From Dehalococcoidia bacterium (GTDB taxonomy: Bacteria > Chloroflexota > Dehalococcoidia > Lucifugimonadales > UBA1127), in the NCBI GenBank assembly GCA_965217675.1, contig OZ244559.1, forward strand, positions 386,126-450,125: a stretch of DNA of 64,000 nucleotides, written 5' to 3'. A model generated the notes under the pieces. It had not been told where the DNA came from. It saw only the letters and a list, made by a program, of their open reading frames with translations, and ran no database searches. A program made the position numbers and the translations under genes. Shown here piece by piece: positions 34,841 through 44,411 of this stretch (position 1 is the first letter of the stretch; every line of letters starts with the position of its first letter).

Positions 34841-36511
34841 CTACCGGGCGGGCGCCGGCTGGCGGTCCGCAGCCCACGGCTTGCGGGTGAAGCGGCGGCC
34901 GAGGCCGCGCTCGATCTCACGCCACTTGGTCTCTTCTTCCGCGGTGATGAACGTGATGGCCTCGCCCGCGCGGCCCATGCGGCCTGTGCGTCCGACGCGG
35001 TGAGTGAAGAGCAGCTCGGAGTCCGGCAGGTCGTAGTTGATGACCTGGCCGATACCGTCAAAGTCCAAGCCCCTGGCAGCCACGTTTGTCGCCACCAAGA
35101 TCGGCGTGGCGCCGGTACGGAAGTCGATCATGACTCGCTCGCGGGCGTTCTGGCTGAGGTTGCCCTGGAGCGCGCCCACGGGGTAGCCCATCGAATCGAG
35201 TTGCTGCGCCAGCTTCTTGACGCCGTGCTTGGTCTTGCCAAAGACAATGACCGGGGCATCGTCGCGCCGGTCGAGCAATGTTCGCAGCGCATTAATCTTT
35301 TCGCTCTTCTGGATGGAATAGACAAGGTGCTCCACGGAGGGCGGGGCTTGCAGGCCCGCGTCGACTTCCACCCTCGCCGGCTGACGCAGGTGCTTGGCGG
35401 CGGTCTGGGCGACCCACGCGGGCATCGTCGCCGAGAGGAGCGCCGTCTGCCGGTCCTTGGGCGTTCCGGCCATGATGGCCTCGACGTCGTGGGCGAAGCC
35501 CCTGTCGAGCATCTCGTCGGCTTCGTCCAGCACGAAGAACCGCACTGCGCTCAGGTCAAGGGTCTCTTGCCGCAGGTGGTCGAGCGTCCGGCCCGGCGTG
35601 CCGATCACGACTTGGGCGCCCTTTCGCAGCGCGATGTACTCCGGCCCCAGTGAACGTCCGCCGTAGAGGAGCGTCACGCGCAGCCCATGTGCGGCGGCCA
35701 GGGCCTCGACGACGCCGGCCACCTGGATGGCTAGCTCGCGGGTGGGCACCAGCACGAGCGCTTGAACGCCCCGGACCGAGGCGTCGCAGCGCTCCGCGAT
35801 AGGGGCTGCGAAGGCCAGCGTCTTTCCCGACCCGGTGCGCGCCTGACCAATCAGGTCACGCCCGGCCATGAGGTGTGGTATGGCCTTCTCCTGGATGGGA
35901 GTTGGCTCAGAAATGTTCATTTTGGCAATGGCCACCCTGGTGGCCGGCATCAGGGGAATCCCGGGAAACACGTGACTGGCGGCATCGGCCGCGACGGGAT
36001 CAACTGCTCTCGCGGGCTCCGGGCGAGCCGGGCGCGGGCTTGGCCTCTGGGACGTGTTGGGGCGAACTGCCCCGTTCACGTTGTTCCGTGAAGGCGTGGT
36101 GTGGTTGGGGCGAACTGCGCCGTTCACATTCGGGCGCGACGTCATGGTGTGGTTGGGGCGAACCGCCCCGTTCGCGTTGGGGCGCGACGTCATGGCGTGG
36201 TTGGGGCGAACCGCCCCGTTCGCGTTCGGGCGCGACTGCATGGTGTGGTTGGGGCGAACAGCGCCGTTCACGTTGCTTCGCGATGTCATGGTGTGGTCGG
36301 GTCGAACTTTGCCGTTCACATTGCCGCGGTCCGGCGTGTTCTGTTGGCGTGCTCGGAAGCATGTTTGGCAGTATACGGGCTTGCCTTGGGTGGGCCGGAA
36401 TGGGAGGGTGGTGGACATGCCGCATTGACTGCAGTTGGCCTGGTGTTGGGTACGATTGGTCTGATTACGGTTGCTGGGACGTGCGAGGATGGATGTAAAC
36501 GTGGATGACAT
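34841..36511 (-). CDS. DEAD-box RNA helicase with N-terminal CxxC..CxxC zinc ribbon and a 6x16-aa repeat linker
   Basis: Q-motif/motif I region GQARTGSGKT, DEAD (VLDEADEM), SAT and HRVGRTGRMG motifs. N-terminal CSQCGMSTTLPFRPTQGKPVYCQTCF. Confidence 0.9.
   Translation of the reverse strand: MSSTFTSILARPSNRNQTNRTQHQANCSQCGMSTTLPFRPTQGKPVYCQTCFRARQQNTPDRGNVNGKVRPDHTMTSRSNVNGAVRPNHTMQSRPNANGAVRPNHAMTSRPNANGAVRPNHTMTSRPNVNGAVRPNHTTPSRNNVNGAVRPNTSQRPSPRPARPEPARAVDPVAADAASHVFPGIPLMPATRVAIAKMNISEPTPIQEKAIPHLMAGRDLIGQARTGSGKTLAFAAPIAERCDASVRGVQALVLVPTRELAIQVAGVVEALAAAHGLRVTLLYGGRSLGPEYIALRKGAQVVIGTPGRTLDHLRQETLDLSAVRFFVLDEADEMLDRGFAHDVEAIMAGTPKDRQTALLSATMPAWVAQTAAKHLRQPARVEVDAGLQAPPSVEHLVYSIQKSEKINALRTLLDRRDDAPVIVFGKTKHGVKKLAQQLDSMGYPVGALQGNLSQNARERVMIDFRTGATPILVATNVAARGLDFDGIGQVINYDLPDSELLFTHRVGRTGRMGRAGEAITFITAEEETKWREIERGLGRRFTRKPWAADRQPAPAR
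36035..36322 (-). repeat. In-frame 48-bp tandem repeat x6 inside the helicase gene
   Basis: Units begin (minus strand) at 36322, 36274, 36226, 36178, 36130 and 36082. They encode NVNGAVRPNHTMTSRP variants. Confidence 0.85.
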
Positions 36512-36992
36512 AAAAGAAGGGACTCCCTACTCTACAAATTGCAACACAGGTGAATCAGCGGAGGGTGAACAAGAAGAGAGTGGGGCTAGTCCGTTCTTGT
36601 GTCAGGCCTTGACGCGCTAACCATGCGTTGGTGGCATTATACGCCACCGCGACGAAAAACGAAACGTCCAAGGGTTTTCGCCCCTTGGCGCATCGGACAT
36701 CCCCGTTTCGCCATGTCCCTCGATCACGAAGTGTGAGCCCGACGTTCCATTCAGGCAGCGCCAATCTTCTGGCGTCGATCCGCCTCGATTTCGAATTTCG
36801 ACGGACTCGCCGATGCCAATGGTCCGACGAGTTCCCTGCCAACTATGGGTCAATTCGACTGTTTCGGTGCTCTTGCAGTCTGGTTGGGACGGTAAAGGGA
36901 GTGAAACGCGTCGTGGGAGGTGGAATGTTCGTTAAGGCCAAGGCCACGATACGCTCTCGCTGCTGCTATGATGGTAGCCGAGGTGATGAGAC

Positions 36993-38810
36993 TTGATTGA
37001 AAGCCGGAACAACGGCATTCGCAACCTGGCCATCATAGCGCACGTCGACCATGGCAAGACCACACTGGTAGACGCGCTGCTGAAGCAGGGTCAGGTCTTT
37101 CGTGCGCATCAGCAGGTGGGTGCGCTGATCATGGACACCAACCCGTTGGAGCGGGAGCGCGGCATCACGATCCTGGCCAAGAATGCCTCGGTCTCCTACG
37201 GCGGCGTCCGCATCAACATCATCGACACACCGGGCCACGCCGATTTCAGCGGCGAGGTCGAACGCGTCATGAACATGGCCGACGGCTGCCTGCTGCTGGT
37301 GGACGCCGTGGACGGCCCCATGCCCCAGACCACCTACGTGCTGCGCCAGGCCCTCCAGCAGAACGTCACGCCGATGGTCGTCATCAACAAGATCGACCGC
37401 CCCGAAGCCCGCGTGGCTGAGGTCGAAAAGCTGGTGCAGGACCTGTTCCTGGAGTTGGCCACCCGGGACGACCATCTGGACTTTCCCGTGCTGTACACCT
37501 CTGCGCGCCAGGGGTATGCCATTACGGACTGGGAGGCGCCGGGGGCGGACATGAAGCCGCTGTTCGAGGCCATTCTGCGGTCGGTGCCGCCGCCGACGGG
37601 CGACCCCAACGCCCCGCTGCAGATGCTGGTGGCGGCACTGGACTACGACAACTACGTTGGCCAGGTGTCCATAGGCCGGATTTCCAACGGCACGCTTCGG
37701 CCTCGGGATGAGGTGGTCCTGCTGGGCCACGACGGCGTCGCCACGACGCATCCCGTGGAGTTTGTCTTCGTCTTCCACGGCATGGAGCGCGTCGAGGTTG
37801 CCGAGGCCTACGCCGGGGACATCGTCGCCGTGACCGGTCCGGAAGGCGTGTCAATCGGCGACACCCTTGCGTCGCGGGAGAACCCGCAGGCCCTGCCGAC
37901 AATCGACATCAATGAACCCACGGTGCGCATGACGTTCGGCGTGAGCACCTCGCCGTTCATGGGACATGATGGTGTCCACTGCTCCTCGCGCACGCTGCAC
38001 GAGCGGCTCATGCGTGAATTGCGGACCAACGTCAGCCTTCGCGTGGATGACACGCCCAACGTCGGCGAGTTTGTCGTCGCCGGCCGGGGCGAGCTGCATC
38101 TGTCCATTCTGGTGGAGACCATGCGCCGAGAGGGCTGGGAGTTCCAGGTCTCGCGTCCCACGCCCGTCAACAAGGAGATAGACGGCAAGGTCTACGAGCC
38201 CTACGAGATCCTGAACATCAGCACACAGGAAGAGTACGTTGGGACGCTGACCGAGTACCTTTCCGCCCACATGGCCCAGCTCCGGGACATGCGGTACGAC
38301 GAGAACGGTCTCGTGCACATGGAGTTCAAGATCCCCACCCGCGGGCTCATCGGCTTCAACGCCTACTTCCTTCGGACGACTCGCGGCGACGGAGTGAAGA
38401 ACAGCGCCTTCACCTCCTACGAGCCGTTGGAAGGCGAGATACGCTCCTACCGAGGCGGCGTGCTGGTGGCGTCGGAGGCGGGTACGGCGGTGACCTATGG
38501 ACTGCTCAACGCCCAGGGCAGGGGCGACACGTTCATCGACCCGGGCGCCAAGGTCTACGAGGGGATGATCATCGGCTCCCAACGCCGCGGGGGCGACATT
38601 CCGATCAACGTCTGCAAGGAAAAGAAACAGACCAACATACGGTCGTCGACGGCCGACATTGCCAAGCGCCTCAACGCAACAGTGCGGATGAGCCTTGAGG
38701 AGGCGCTGGCGTTTATCGACGACGACGAACTGCTTGAGGTAACGCCCCTGAACCTGCGACTCCGCAAGGCGGAACTGTCCGCGCAAAGCAGCAAGCGGAC
38801 AAAGCACTAG
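36993..38810 (+). CDS. typA: Translational GTPase TypA/BipA
   Basis: [31 protein letters not shown], and overall EF-G-like length (605 aa). TTG start with a GAGGTGA RBS. Confidence 0.95.
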   Translation: MIESRNNGIRNLAIIAHVDHGKTTLVDALLKQGQVFRAHQQVGALIMDTNPLERERGITILAKNASVSYGGVRINIIDTPGHADFSGEVERVMNMADGCLLLVDAVDGPMPQTTYVLRQALQQNVTPMVVINKIDRPEARVAEVEKLVQDLFLELATRDDHLDFPVLYTSARQGYAITDWEAPGADMKPLFEAILRSVPPPTGDPNAPLQMLVAALDYDNYVGQVSIGRISNGTLRPRDEVVLLGHDGVATTHPVEFVFVFHGMERVEVAEAYAGDIVAVTGPEGVSIGDTLASRENPQALPTIDINEPTVRMTFGVSTSPFMGHDGVHCSSRTLHERLMRELRTNVSLRVDDTPNVGEFVVAGRGELHLSILVETMRREGWEFQVSRPTPVNKEIDGKVYEPYEILNISTQEEYVGTLTEYLSAHMAQLRDMRYDENGLVHMEFKIPTRGLIGFNAYFLRTTRGDGVKNSAFTSYEPLEGEIRSYRGGVLVASEAGTAVTYGLLNAQGRGDTFIDPGAKVYEGMIIGSQRRGGDIPINVCKEKKQTNIRSSTADIAKRLNATVRMSLEEALAFIDDDELLEVTPLNLRLRKAELSAQSSKRTKH

Positions 38811-38845
38811 GGGAGCCCGCAGCAGGGACCAATCGGTCTGGGGCG

Positions 38846-39568
38846 CTATCGGGCGCGTCGGGCGGACACGTCGGCAGCGACTCCGAAATGGTCTGACAGC
38901 CTTGTATTGTCGTGGACGTTGCTGATCACCTCAGGGGGCTTCGCCGCCAAGTCCGAGCTCAGCACAATGTGGTCGATGCTCCCGCGACCCTCGAAGGCAA
39001 GCCCCGCAGTGGCGATGGTCATGCTCGACGGGAAGGCTTCCTGAAGCTTCAATTGCAGTTCACGTGGTGCGCGGCATCCCTTGCCGACAATCTGATTGAA
39101 GTCGCCCATCACTATCAGACGCTCCGCAGCATAGCCTTTGAGCACTTCAGTGAGACCGGTCAGATACTCCTCATGGTCTTCCCACCGCCTCTTGCGCTCC
39201 GGTCCTCGCCTTGTCTCAATACGCGACCCGAACCAGGGAATGCAGACCCCCACGACGGTGACCGCTCCAAGGGGTGTCTGCGTGACTCCGGACACGAACC
39301 GTCCGGGCGGAAGGGACTCCAATCCTACGTCGCTGACCTGCTCCCAAGGTTCCCTTGACCAGAGCATGACTTTCCGACGGTATTCCGTGGTCTTGTACCC
39401 ATAGTCAGCCTGCGAGCAGATCGAGTGACCGTGCCGAGAAAGCAGCCCGTTGTGCGTCTCAGTGAGGCACACGATGTCCGGGGCGTGTTCACCGATGCGG
39501 CGCAGGACCTCAGCGTTGCGCGTCGACTTGGGTGTAGCCCACTCGACATTCCAGTTGACCAGTTTCAA
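38846..39568 (-). CDS. Endonuclease/exonuclease/phosphatase (EEP) family protein
   Basis: MKLVNWNVEW, IVCLTE, MGDFN and the terminal SDHFGV motifs. Confidence 0.85.
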   Translation of the reverse strand: MKLVNWNVEWATPKSTRNAEVLRRIGEHAPDIVCLTETHNGLLSRHGHSICSQADYGYKTTEYRRKVMLWSREPWEQVSDVGLESLPPGRFVSGVTQTPLGAVTVVGVCIPWFGSRIETRRGPERKRRWEDHEEYLTGLTEVLKGYAAERLIVMGDFNQIVGKGCRAPRELQLKLQEAFPSSMTIATAGLAFEGRGSIDHIVLSSDLAAKPPEVISNVHDNTRLSDHFGVAADVSARRAR

Positions 39569-40094
39569 TTGCGTGGCTCCAATTCTCCGTCGTCAGTTGG
39601 GAACGGTGAGCGCATTTCCACAGTCGTCGCCCTGAGGACTGTTGTAACACAGATGATGTGTCGCGGTGCGGGACTTGCTGGGTTAGAGGAAACCTCAGGG
39701 TGAAGGCACTTGAGTTTGAATGGTCTGTTGGGCCGCGCGGGACTTGAACTTGGGCGCACTCCAGGGCTATTGGCGCAACATCAAAGTTGCCCCACCTCCT
39801 CTCGTCATTCCTGCGCAGGCAGGAATCCAGAGGGGCAGGGCGAAGGCGGGGCGTCCTCACCACCGGCCACTGTCGCGTAACCCCGAACGCCAGCCCCACC
39901 GCGAGGGCCATTCGCAATTCCGATCACCCTGAGGCTCTCGAAGGGCCGTCCCACTCTGCCCCCGCACGCCCTGACACCGCCCCCTTGCCCCGGCGCCACA
40001 GCCCACGCTACTGTGCCCGCATGCCACACGCACGCAACCTCCTTGAACAGACCCTCGCCCGCACGGTCCGCATCGATGGCCGCATGCGGTTCGG

Positions 40095-40505
40095 CTCCCA
40101 ACAGCAGGGAATTGTTTCAACACCGCGGAGCGTTCTTGCATTTGCTTTGTAGCTGCAATGCGTCATGACAGCTACAAAAGGATTGCCGAATCAAGGTTCC
40201 CTCAGCTACAAAAGGATTGCCGAAGCAAAGTTCCCCCAGCTACGCCGGCCCGTGAAAACAAACGCCCGAAACGCCGTCCTGCACCCGCGACGGCGGCGAG
40301 ACGCCGTGCCTGCACGTCTCCCAACAGCAGGGATTTGTTTCAGCGGGCGTTTGGCTTTCGCATTTGGATTTGTAGCTGCAATGCGTCATGACAGCTACAA
40401 AAGGATTGCCGAATCAAGGTTCCCTTAGCTACAAAAGGATTGCCGAATCAAAGTTCCCCCAGCTACGCCGGCCCGTGAAAACAAACGCCCAAAATGCAGC
40501 AGGGA
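40095..40505 (+). repeat. Tandem array (2 full units plus the start of a third, period 223 bp) of a ~180-bp element with a 10-bp hairpin and nested 34-bp subrepeats
   Basis: Unit starts CTCCCAACAGCAGGGA at 40095 and 40318, and CAGCAGGGA again at ~40497. Hairpins TTTGTAGCTG-N13-CAGCTACAAA at 40146-40178 and 40369-40401. The subrepeat CAGCTACAAAAGGATTGCCGAAkCAArGTTCCCy occurs twice per unit. Confidence 0.8.
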
Positions 40506-40530
40506 CCCTATCGCAAAGACTGACACTGAG

Positions 40531-40686
40531 ATGGCTGACGCCTCGGTCCGCATCAGGGAGCGCCGTGAGCTCAAAGAGCGGATGGAGGTCCCAGAAGATG
40601 AGTTGCGGCAGCTGTTGGCTGAGCGGCGGCAGTTCCTGGGCAGCGCCGCCACCATCGCCACCTTTGCAGCTACCCTTAACACCTAG
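40531..40686 (+). CDS. Possible small ORF (51 aa, coiled-coil-like)
   Basis: MADASVRIRERRELKERMEVPEDELRQLLAERRQFLGSAATIATFAATLNT. Translated by hand; it is below the ORF-track length cutoff. Weak RBS. Confidence 0.25.
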   Translation: MADASVRIRERRELKERMEVPEDELRQLLAERRQFLGSAATIATFAATLNT

Positions 40687-40767
40687 CCGCCCTCACTTCG
40701 TAGCACCAACCCGCCCGGCTTTCTACTAGGGATGGAGTGTTAGAATCGACGGGCAAGGAGGCGGATC

Positions 40768-41193
40768 TTGGCGCAAACGTTTGCAGTGGAAGAGGCAATT
40801 CAACGGCCCGCCCCTCAGGTGTGGGAGGCCCTCACCGATTGGACGAACGCCCACAGGTGGATGCCCGGAATCGACGGGATCACGGCCGAGGGAGAAACTG
40901 CCAAAGGGACGACGCTGACATTCCGCGCTCGCGGCGCAGACCGCTCAAGCACCATCGTCCACTGTGACGCCGGTCGATCGATAGTCCTGCGTCCGGTCCA
41001 GGGCGGTGTGACCGCCGACTACAGGTACGAAGTCCACGAGCTGGACGAGCGCTCGGCTCGCGTCATACTGGTCGCCGACTGTCAGATCACGGGGCTGTGG
41101 TGGAGCGTGGTGTCGCCCCTACTTCGCCTCGCAATCCGATTCTCCGACGGCAAGCAGTTAAGACTGCTGAAGGCCATGGTTGAGGGAGGCTAG
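40768..41193 (+). CDS. SRPBCC (START/polyketide-cyclase-like) family protein
   Basis: EEAIQRPAPQVWEALTDWTNAHRWMPGI is typical of SRPBCC proteins. TTG start 6 nt after an AAGGAGG RBS. Confidence 0.8.
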   Translation: MAQTFAVEEAIQRPAPQVWEALTDWTNAHRWMPGIDGITAEGETAKGTTLTFRARGADRSSTIVHCDAGRSIVLRPVQGGVTADYRYEVHELDERSARVILVADCQITGLWWSVVSPLLRLAIRFSDGKQLRLLKAMVEGG

Positions 41194-41215
41194 TGCCGTC
41201 GTCGGGGTCTCACAC

Positions 41216-41974
41216 TTAGCCGCTGGCGCTGACGGGCTGATGCGCCTGAAGGAAGCTGCGCACCTGCTTGATGGTGTCGGCCTTGATGTCCGGCGACTCC
41301 TTCCATGGATACACCGTCACTTGTGCCATGGGCGCCAACGCCGCCAGGTCCATGGCGGCCTCGTATGAGTGCGAGGGGGTGTCGTCGGGCATGACGAGCA
41401 TCGGCGTCTGGCACGAGCGCGCGAAGTCCCTCGACACGCAGTACACGAAGTCCGGCTGTATCCGGTAAAGGTTGTGCAGGTACTGGTCGACGACCTCCAT
41501 CGTTACCTCAGGCCGCTGGGAACACAACGCAGGGCCCCAGTTGTCGTGGCCCGAGTTGTACATGGAGTCCGCGGTCTTTTGCGCGTGCCCAACCGGCTGG
41601 CAGAGCACGGCGGCCAGGAGCCGTTCGGGGGCCCTTTCCATGAGCTTCATAGCAAAGGGGCCGCCGATGCAATAGCCAATGAAGAAGAACTCTTGTATTC
41701 CGAGATGGTCCATCAACCCCAGTTGGTCATCTGCGAAGGCGCCCCAGGGGTCGTCGACTTGCACGGGCCCACTGGACTCACCGCCAATCGCGTTGCGCTG
41801 GTCCATGGTAATGCAACGGAAGTCGTTCTTGAACTCCTCCATTGCGTTGAACACCTGTCGAGGCCAACCGTCGAGGATGGAATTCAAGCCCCCGCCGGGG
41901 ACCGCTAGAAGGGGGAACCCGGAGCCAACCTCCTCATACCGAATGCGGACATCGCCCTTCTCGAAAAACGGCAT
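41216..41974 (-). CDS. Alpha/beta hydrolase with Cys in the nucleophile elbow (GYCIGG)
   Basis: MPFFEKGDVRIRYEEVGSGFPLLAVPGGG..., FFFIGYCIGGPFAM. AGAGGAGAA RBS before ATG 41974. Confidence 0.85.
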   Translation of the reverse strand: MPFFEKGDVRIRYEEVGSGFPLLAVPGGGLNSILDGWPRQVFNAMEEFKNDFRCITMDQRNAIGGESSGPVQVDDPWGAFADDQLGLMDHLGIQEFFFIGYCIGGPFAMKLMERAPERLLAAVLCQPVGHAQKTADSMYNSGHDNWGPALCSQRPEVTMEVVDQYLHNLYRIQPDFVYCVSRDFARSCQTPMLVMPDDTPSHSYEAAMDLAALAPMAQVTVYPWKESPDIKADTIKQVRSFLQAHQPVSASG

Positions 41975-42312
41975 AGCAGCTTCTCCTCTTTGAGCCAAAT
42001 ATTGGCTTTCAAGGCAATTCTCACTTGGTAGCCCGGGATGTCAAGGCAACGGCACCCGGTAGAGTTTGGGAAGAAGCAGCCCTTTACCTGTCGGGAGGGA
42101 CGAGGCGCCATCAATGAGGCGACGGCTTCTAGCGCACCGGGTCGTCGCCTTGACCGCTTGAGTCATCTTGGGTTAGGTTCCACGCCAGAACGGGCAGACG
42201 GAGCATATGTCCGTACAGCACGCCGCATCCGGGTGTTGTGCTGCAGGTTCCGGCCCGCCTGCTCGTTGGATATCAAGATAGCTTTGCAACTCGCTGATGG
42301 AGGGAAATCGCC

Positions 42313-43074
42313 ATGCCGTTCTACGAAAGAGGCACCAACCGTATCTACTACGAAGAGGTAGGGTCCGGTTTCCCCCTGCTGATCATTCCGGGTGGCGGAC
42401 TCAATTCCACCGTGGCGTCCTTGCAGACGTCGGTGCCCTTCAACCCGATGGAGACCTACAAGGACGACTTCCGCGTCATTTCGGCCGACCTGCGCAATGC
42501 CCCACCGGGCCAGTCGAGCGGCCCGCTGGAGATCGACCGTCCCTGGGACGCCTACTCGGAGGACCAACTCGGGCTGATGGACCATCTCGGCATCAAGGAG
42601 TTCCTGGTCATGGGCTTCTGCATCGGCGGGCCGATGATCCACAACCTGCTCCGGTTGGCCCCGGAGCGCATTGTGGCGGCGGCTATGATGCAACCCAGCG
42701 GGTTCAGGCCGGAAATCCCGGATATCTTCTACCAGAACAACATTGCGGGCTGGGGTCCGCCCCTTTGCGAGAAGCGTCCTGAAATCACAATGGATATGGT
42801 CCACGACTTTCTGACCAATATGTACACCAACCGCGCCGACTTCGTTTTCACGGTTTCCCGCGACTTCGTGCGTGCCCTGCAGACACCGCTGCTGATAGCC
42901 CCCGACGACGTGCCGGCGCACCCGTACAAGTGCGCGATGGAGGTCGCCAGCCTCGCCCCGAACTCAGAGGTGACCATCTATCCCTGGAAAGACTCGCAGG
43001 AGCACATCGACGAGGTCGTGGAACACGCCCGGCGCTTCCTGAAGACCCATGAACCAGCAGTCGCGACAGCCTGA
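42313..43074 (+). CDS. Alpha/beta hydrolase paralog (GFCIGG nucleophile elbow), divergent from 41216..41974
   Basis: MPFYERGTNRIYYEEVGSGFPLLIIPGGG..., FLVMGFCIGGPMIH. Roughly half the residues are identical to the neighbour by eye. Confidence 0.85.
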   Translation: MPFYERGTNRIYYEEVGSGFPLLIIPGGGLNSTVASLQTSVPFNPMETYKDDFRVISADLRNAPPGQSSGPLEIDRPWDAYSEDQLGLMDHLGIKEFLVMGFCIGGPMIHNLLRLAPERIVAAAMMQPSGFRPEIPDIFYQNNIAGWGPPLCEKRPEITMDMVHDFLTNMYTNRADFVFTVSRDFVRALQTPLLIAPDDVPAHPYKCAMEVASLAPNSEVTIYPWKDSQEHIDEVVEHARRFLKTHEPAVATA

Positions 43075-43313
43075 CAACTCCGTCTTGCTAACACGAGTAA
43101 GGCCCCGCTACCTTCCTATCACACCGAGTGATGAATGAGAGTTGCGGGGCCTTCGAGTTTCGGCTGCCAAGGTCAGCTGCTAGTTCAGGTCACGGGTCCT
43201 GGGCAGAAATGTAGCATGAACCAGGACGGCGGCATGGTAGGGGTGTAACACAAGCTCCAGGTCGCCATGGTTATTGTTGCTGGCGTAATTCTGGCTACTG
43301 AGAAAATGTCGAT

Positions 43314-44411
43314 TCAGGCAACCGGCAACTCCCGGCCCGTGTCCGACGCTAGGGCGATGGTGTCGATGAAGCGATGCAGGCCAACCGCTACATCGAACGT
43401 CGGCAGGCGGTTCTGTCCGGTTCGGACCGCCTCGGCGAACAGGGCATACATCTGCCCGACGTTGAAGGGATCGCCCTGGGGGAAGTCGGACGGCACATAC
43501 ACGAAACGCTCAGGTATATCCAGGTCCTGCAGCTCATGGCTTCGCTGTGCCCCCTGCACCCGTAGCGTCTCACCGCGCTGCGACGAGACGCTCCCCGTGA
43601 TGATAAACGTGCCTTCCCGCCCGTAGATCTCCATTCGAAAGCCGCTGCCGGCCCAGGGGACAGCGCCAACATGGACTGACACTGCCGCGCCGCTCGCCAA
43701 CTGTCCGCTGACCCGCACGTTGTCCGGGGAGGTGACTTCCACAAATTGCTGGGTATCGGTCTCGTACCATTGCTTTGCCTGGGTGCTGACCATGCACGCC
43801 ACCCGGGTGAAGTTGCCAGCCACGAAGCGCAGGGCGTCAATGACGTGGCCGTTGGCGATGGTCAGAGTGTTTGCGCCCAGGCTGGCATCGCGCTGCCAAG
43901 TGCGGCTGGAAGGGCGCGCCAACCCACCATCGCGCATGGTGGTCACGTGGCACGAGAGCACCTCGCCCACATAGCCTGCTTCAATTTGTTCCTTGACATA
44001 CATCAATGCGGGACTAACTCGCGATTGCAGACCTACTGCGGTTTGCAAGCCTTTGTCACGGGCCAGAGCTGCAAGTTCCTCAGCTTCGGCAGTGTTTCGA
44101 CCCAAGGGCCACTCGGTGTAGACGTGCTTGCCGGCGTTGATGGCGGCCTTCGTTGCCTCATAGTGCAATGGCACCCGCACAACCACGGCCACTGCGTCGA
44201 TCTCTGGCGACACTACCATTGCCCGGAAATCATGGAAGGCGAGTTTCGCTCCAAAGGCTTGGCGAGCCTCTTCTGCGCTCTCGGGACGGGTGGTGCAAAC
44301 TGCCGTTAGCTCGACATCGGGACTGGCCAGGAGCGCCGGGAAGTGCGACTGAGAGGCCCAGGTCGAGTTTACGTTGGCACCCACAAACCCCAGACGGACC
44401 TTGTTTGCCAT
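43314..44411 (-). CDS. Gfo/Idh/MocA family oxidoreductase
   Basis: N-terminal Rossmann motif VRLGFVGANVNSTWA, and the EWPLG motif. Confidence 0.85.
   Translation of the reverse strand: MANKVRLGFVGANVNSTWASQSHFPALLASPDVELTAVCTTRPESAEEARQAFGAKLAFHDFRAMVVSPEIDAVAVVVRVPLHYEATKAAINAGKHVYTEWPLGRNTAEAEELAALARDKGLQTAVGLQSRVSPALMYVKEQIEAGYVGEVLSCHVTTMRDGGLARPSSRTWQRDASLGANTLTIANGHVIDALRFVAGNFTRVACMVSTQAKQWYETDTQQFVEVTSPDNVRVSGQLASGAAVSVHVGAVPWAGSGFRMEIYGREGTFIITGSVSSQRGETLRVQGAQRSHELQDLDIPERFVYVPSDFPQGDPFNVGQMYALFAEAVRTGQNRLPTFDVAVGLHRFIDTIALASDTGRELPVA

Noticed and set aside
36035-36322. 48-bp tandem repeat considered as a CRISPR array or non-coding satellite.
   Set aside because: The repeat is in frame inside the DEAD-box helicase ORF and encodes a 16-aa peptide repeat. 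There are no spacers.
36512-36992. tmRNA / SRP RNA / RNase P RNA in the long intergenic region (TTCGACGG and TTCGAA strings).
   Set aside because: There is no tRNA-like acceptor/T-arm end, no tag-peptide reading frame with a typical ..ALAA terminus, and no SRP GGAA/AGCA domain IV motif. It is kept only as an unexplained structured region.
39735-39780. GGGACTTGAAC segment resembling the reverse complement of a tRNA T-arm (possible att-site tRNA fragment).
   Set aside because: No complementary T-stem, acceptor stem or match to either tRNA in the window could be built.
39787-40152. ORF translating to ..SFLRRQESRGAG.., and the palindrome ATTCCTGC-GCAG-GCAGGAAT at 39807-39826. A related CCCGC-CTGC-GCGGG palindrome lies at 16374-16387.
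   Set aside because: This peptide-like translation is the familiar signature of a short GC-rich palindromic intergenic repeat that is often mis-called as a gene. There is no RBS or protein-like composition.
40169-40240. Contiguous 34-bp direct repeats (also at 40392-40463) considered as a mini CRISPR array.
   Set aside because: The repeats abut each other with no spacers and are nested within a larger 223-bp tandem unit. No cas genes are nearby.
43090-43170. Inverted repeat AAGGCCCCGC ... GCGGGGCCTT after the hydrolase gene, considered as a terminator.
   Set aside because: The arms are separated by a ~35-nt loop and there is no U-tract, so it is too weak to call.
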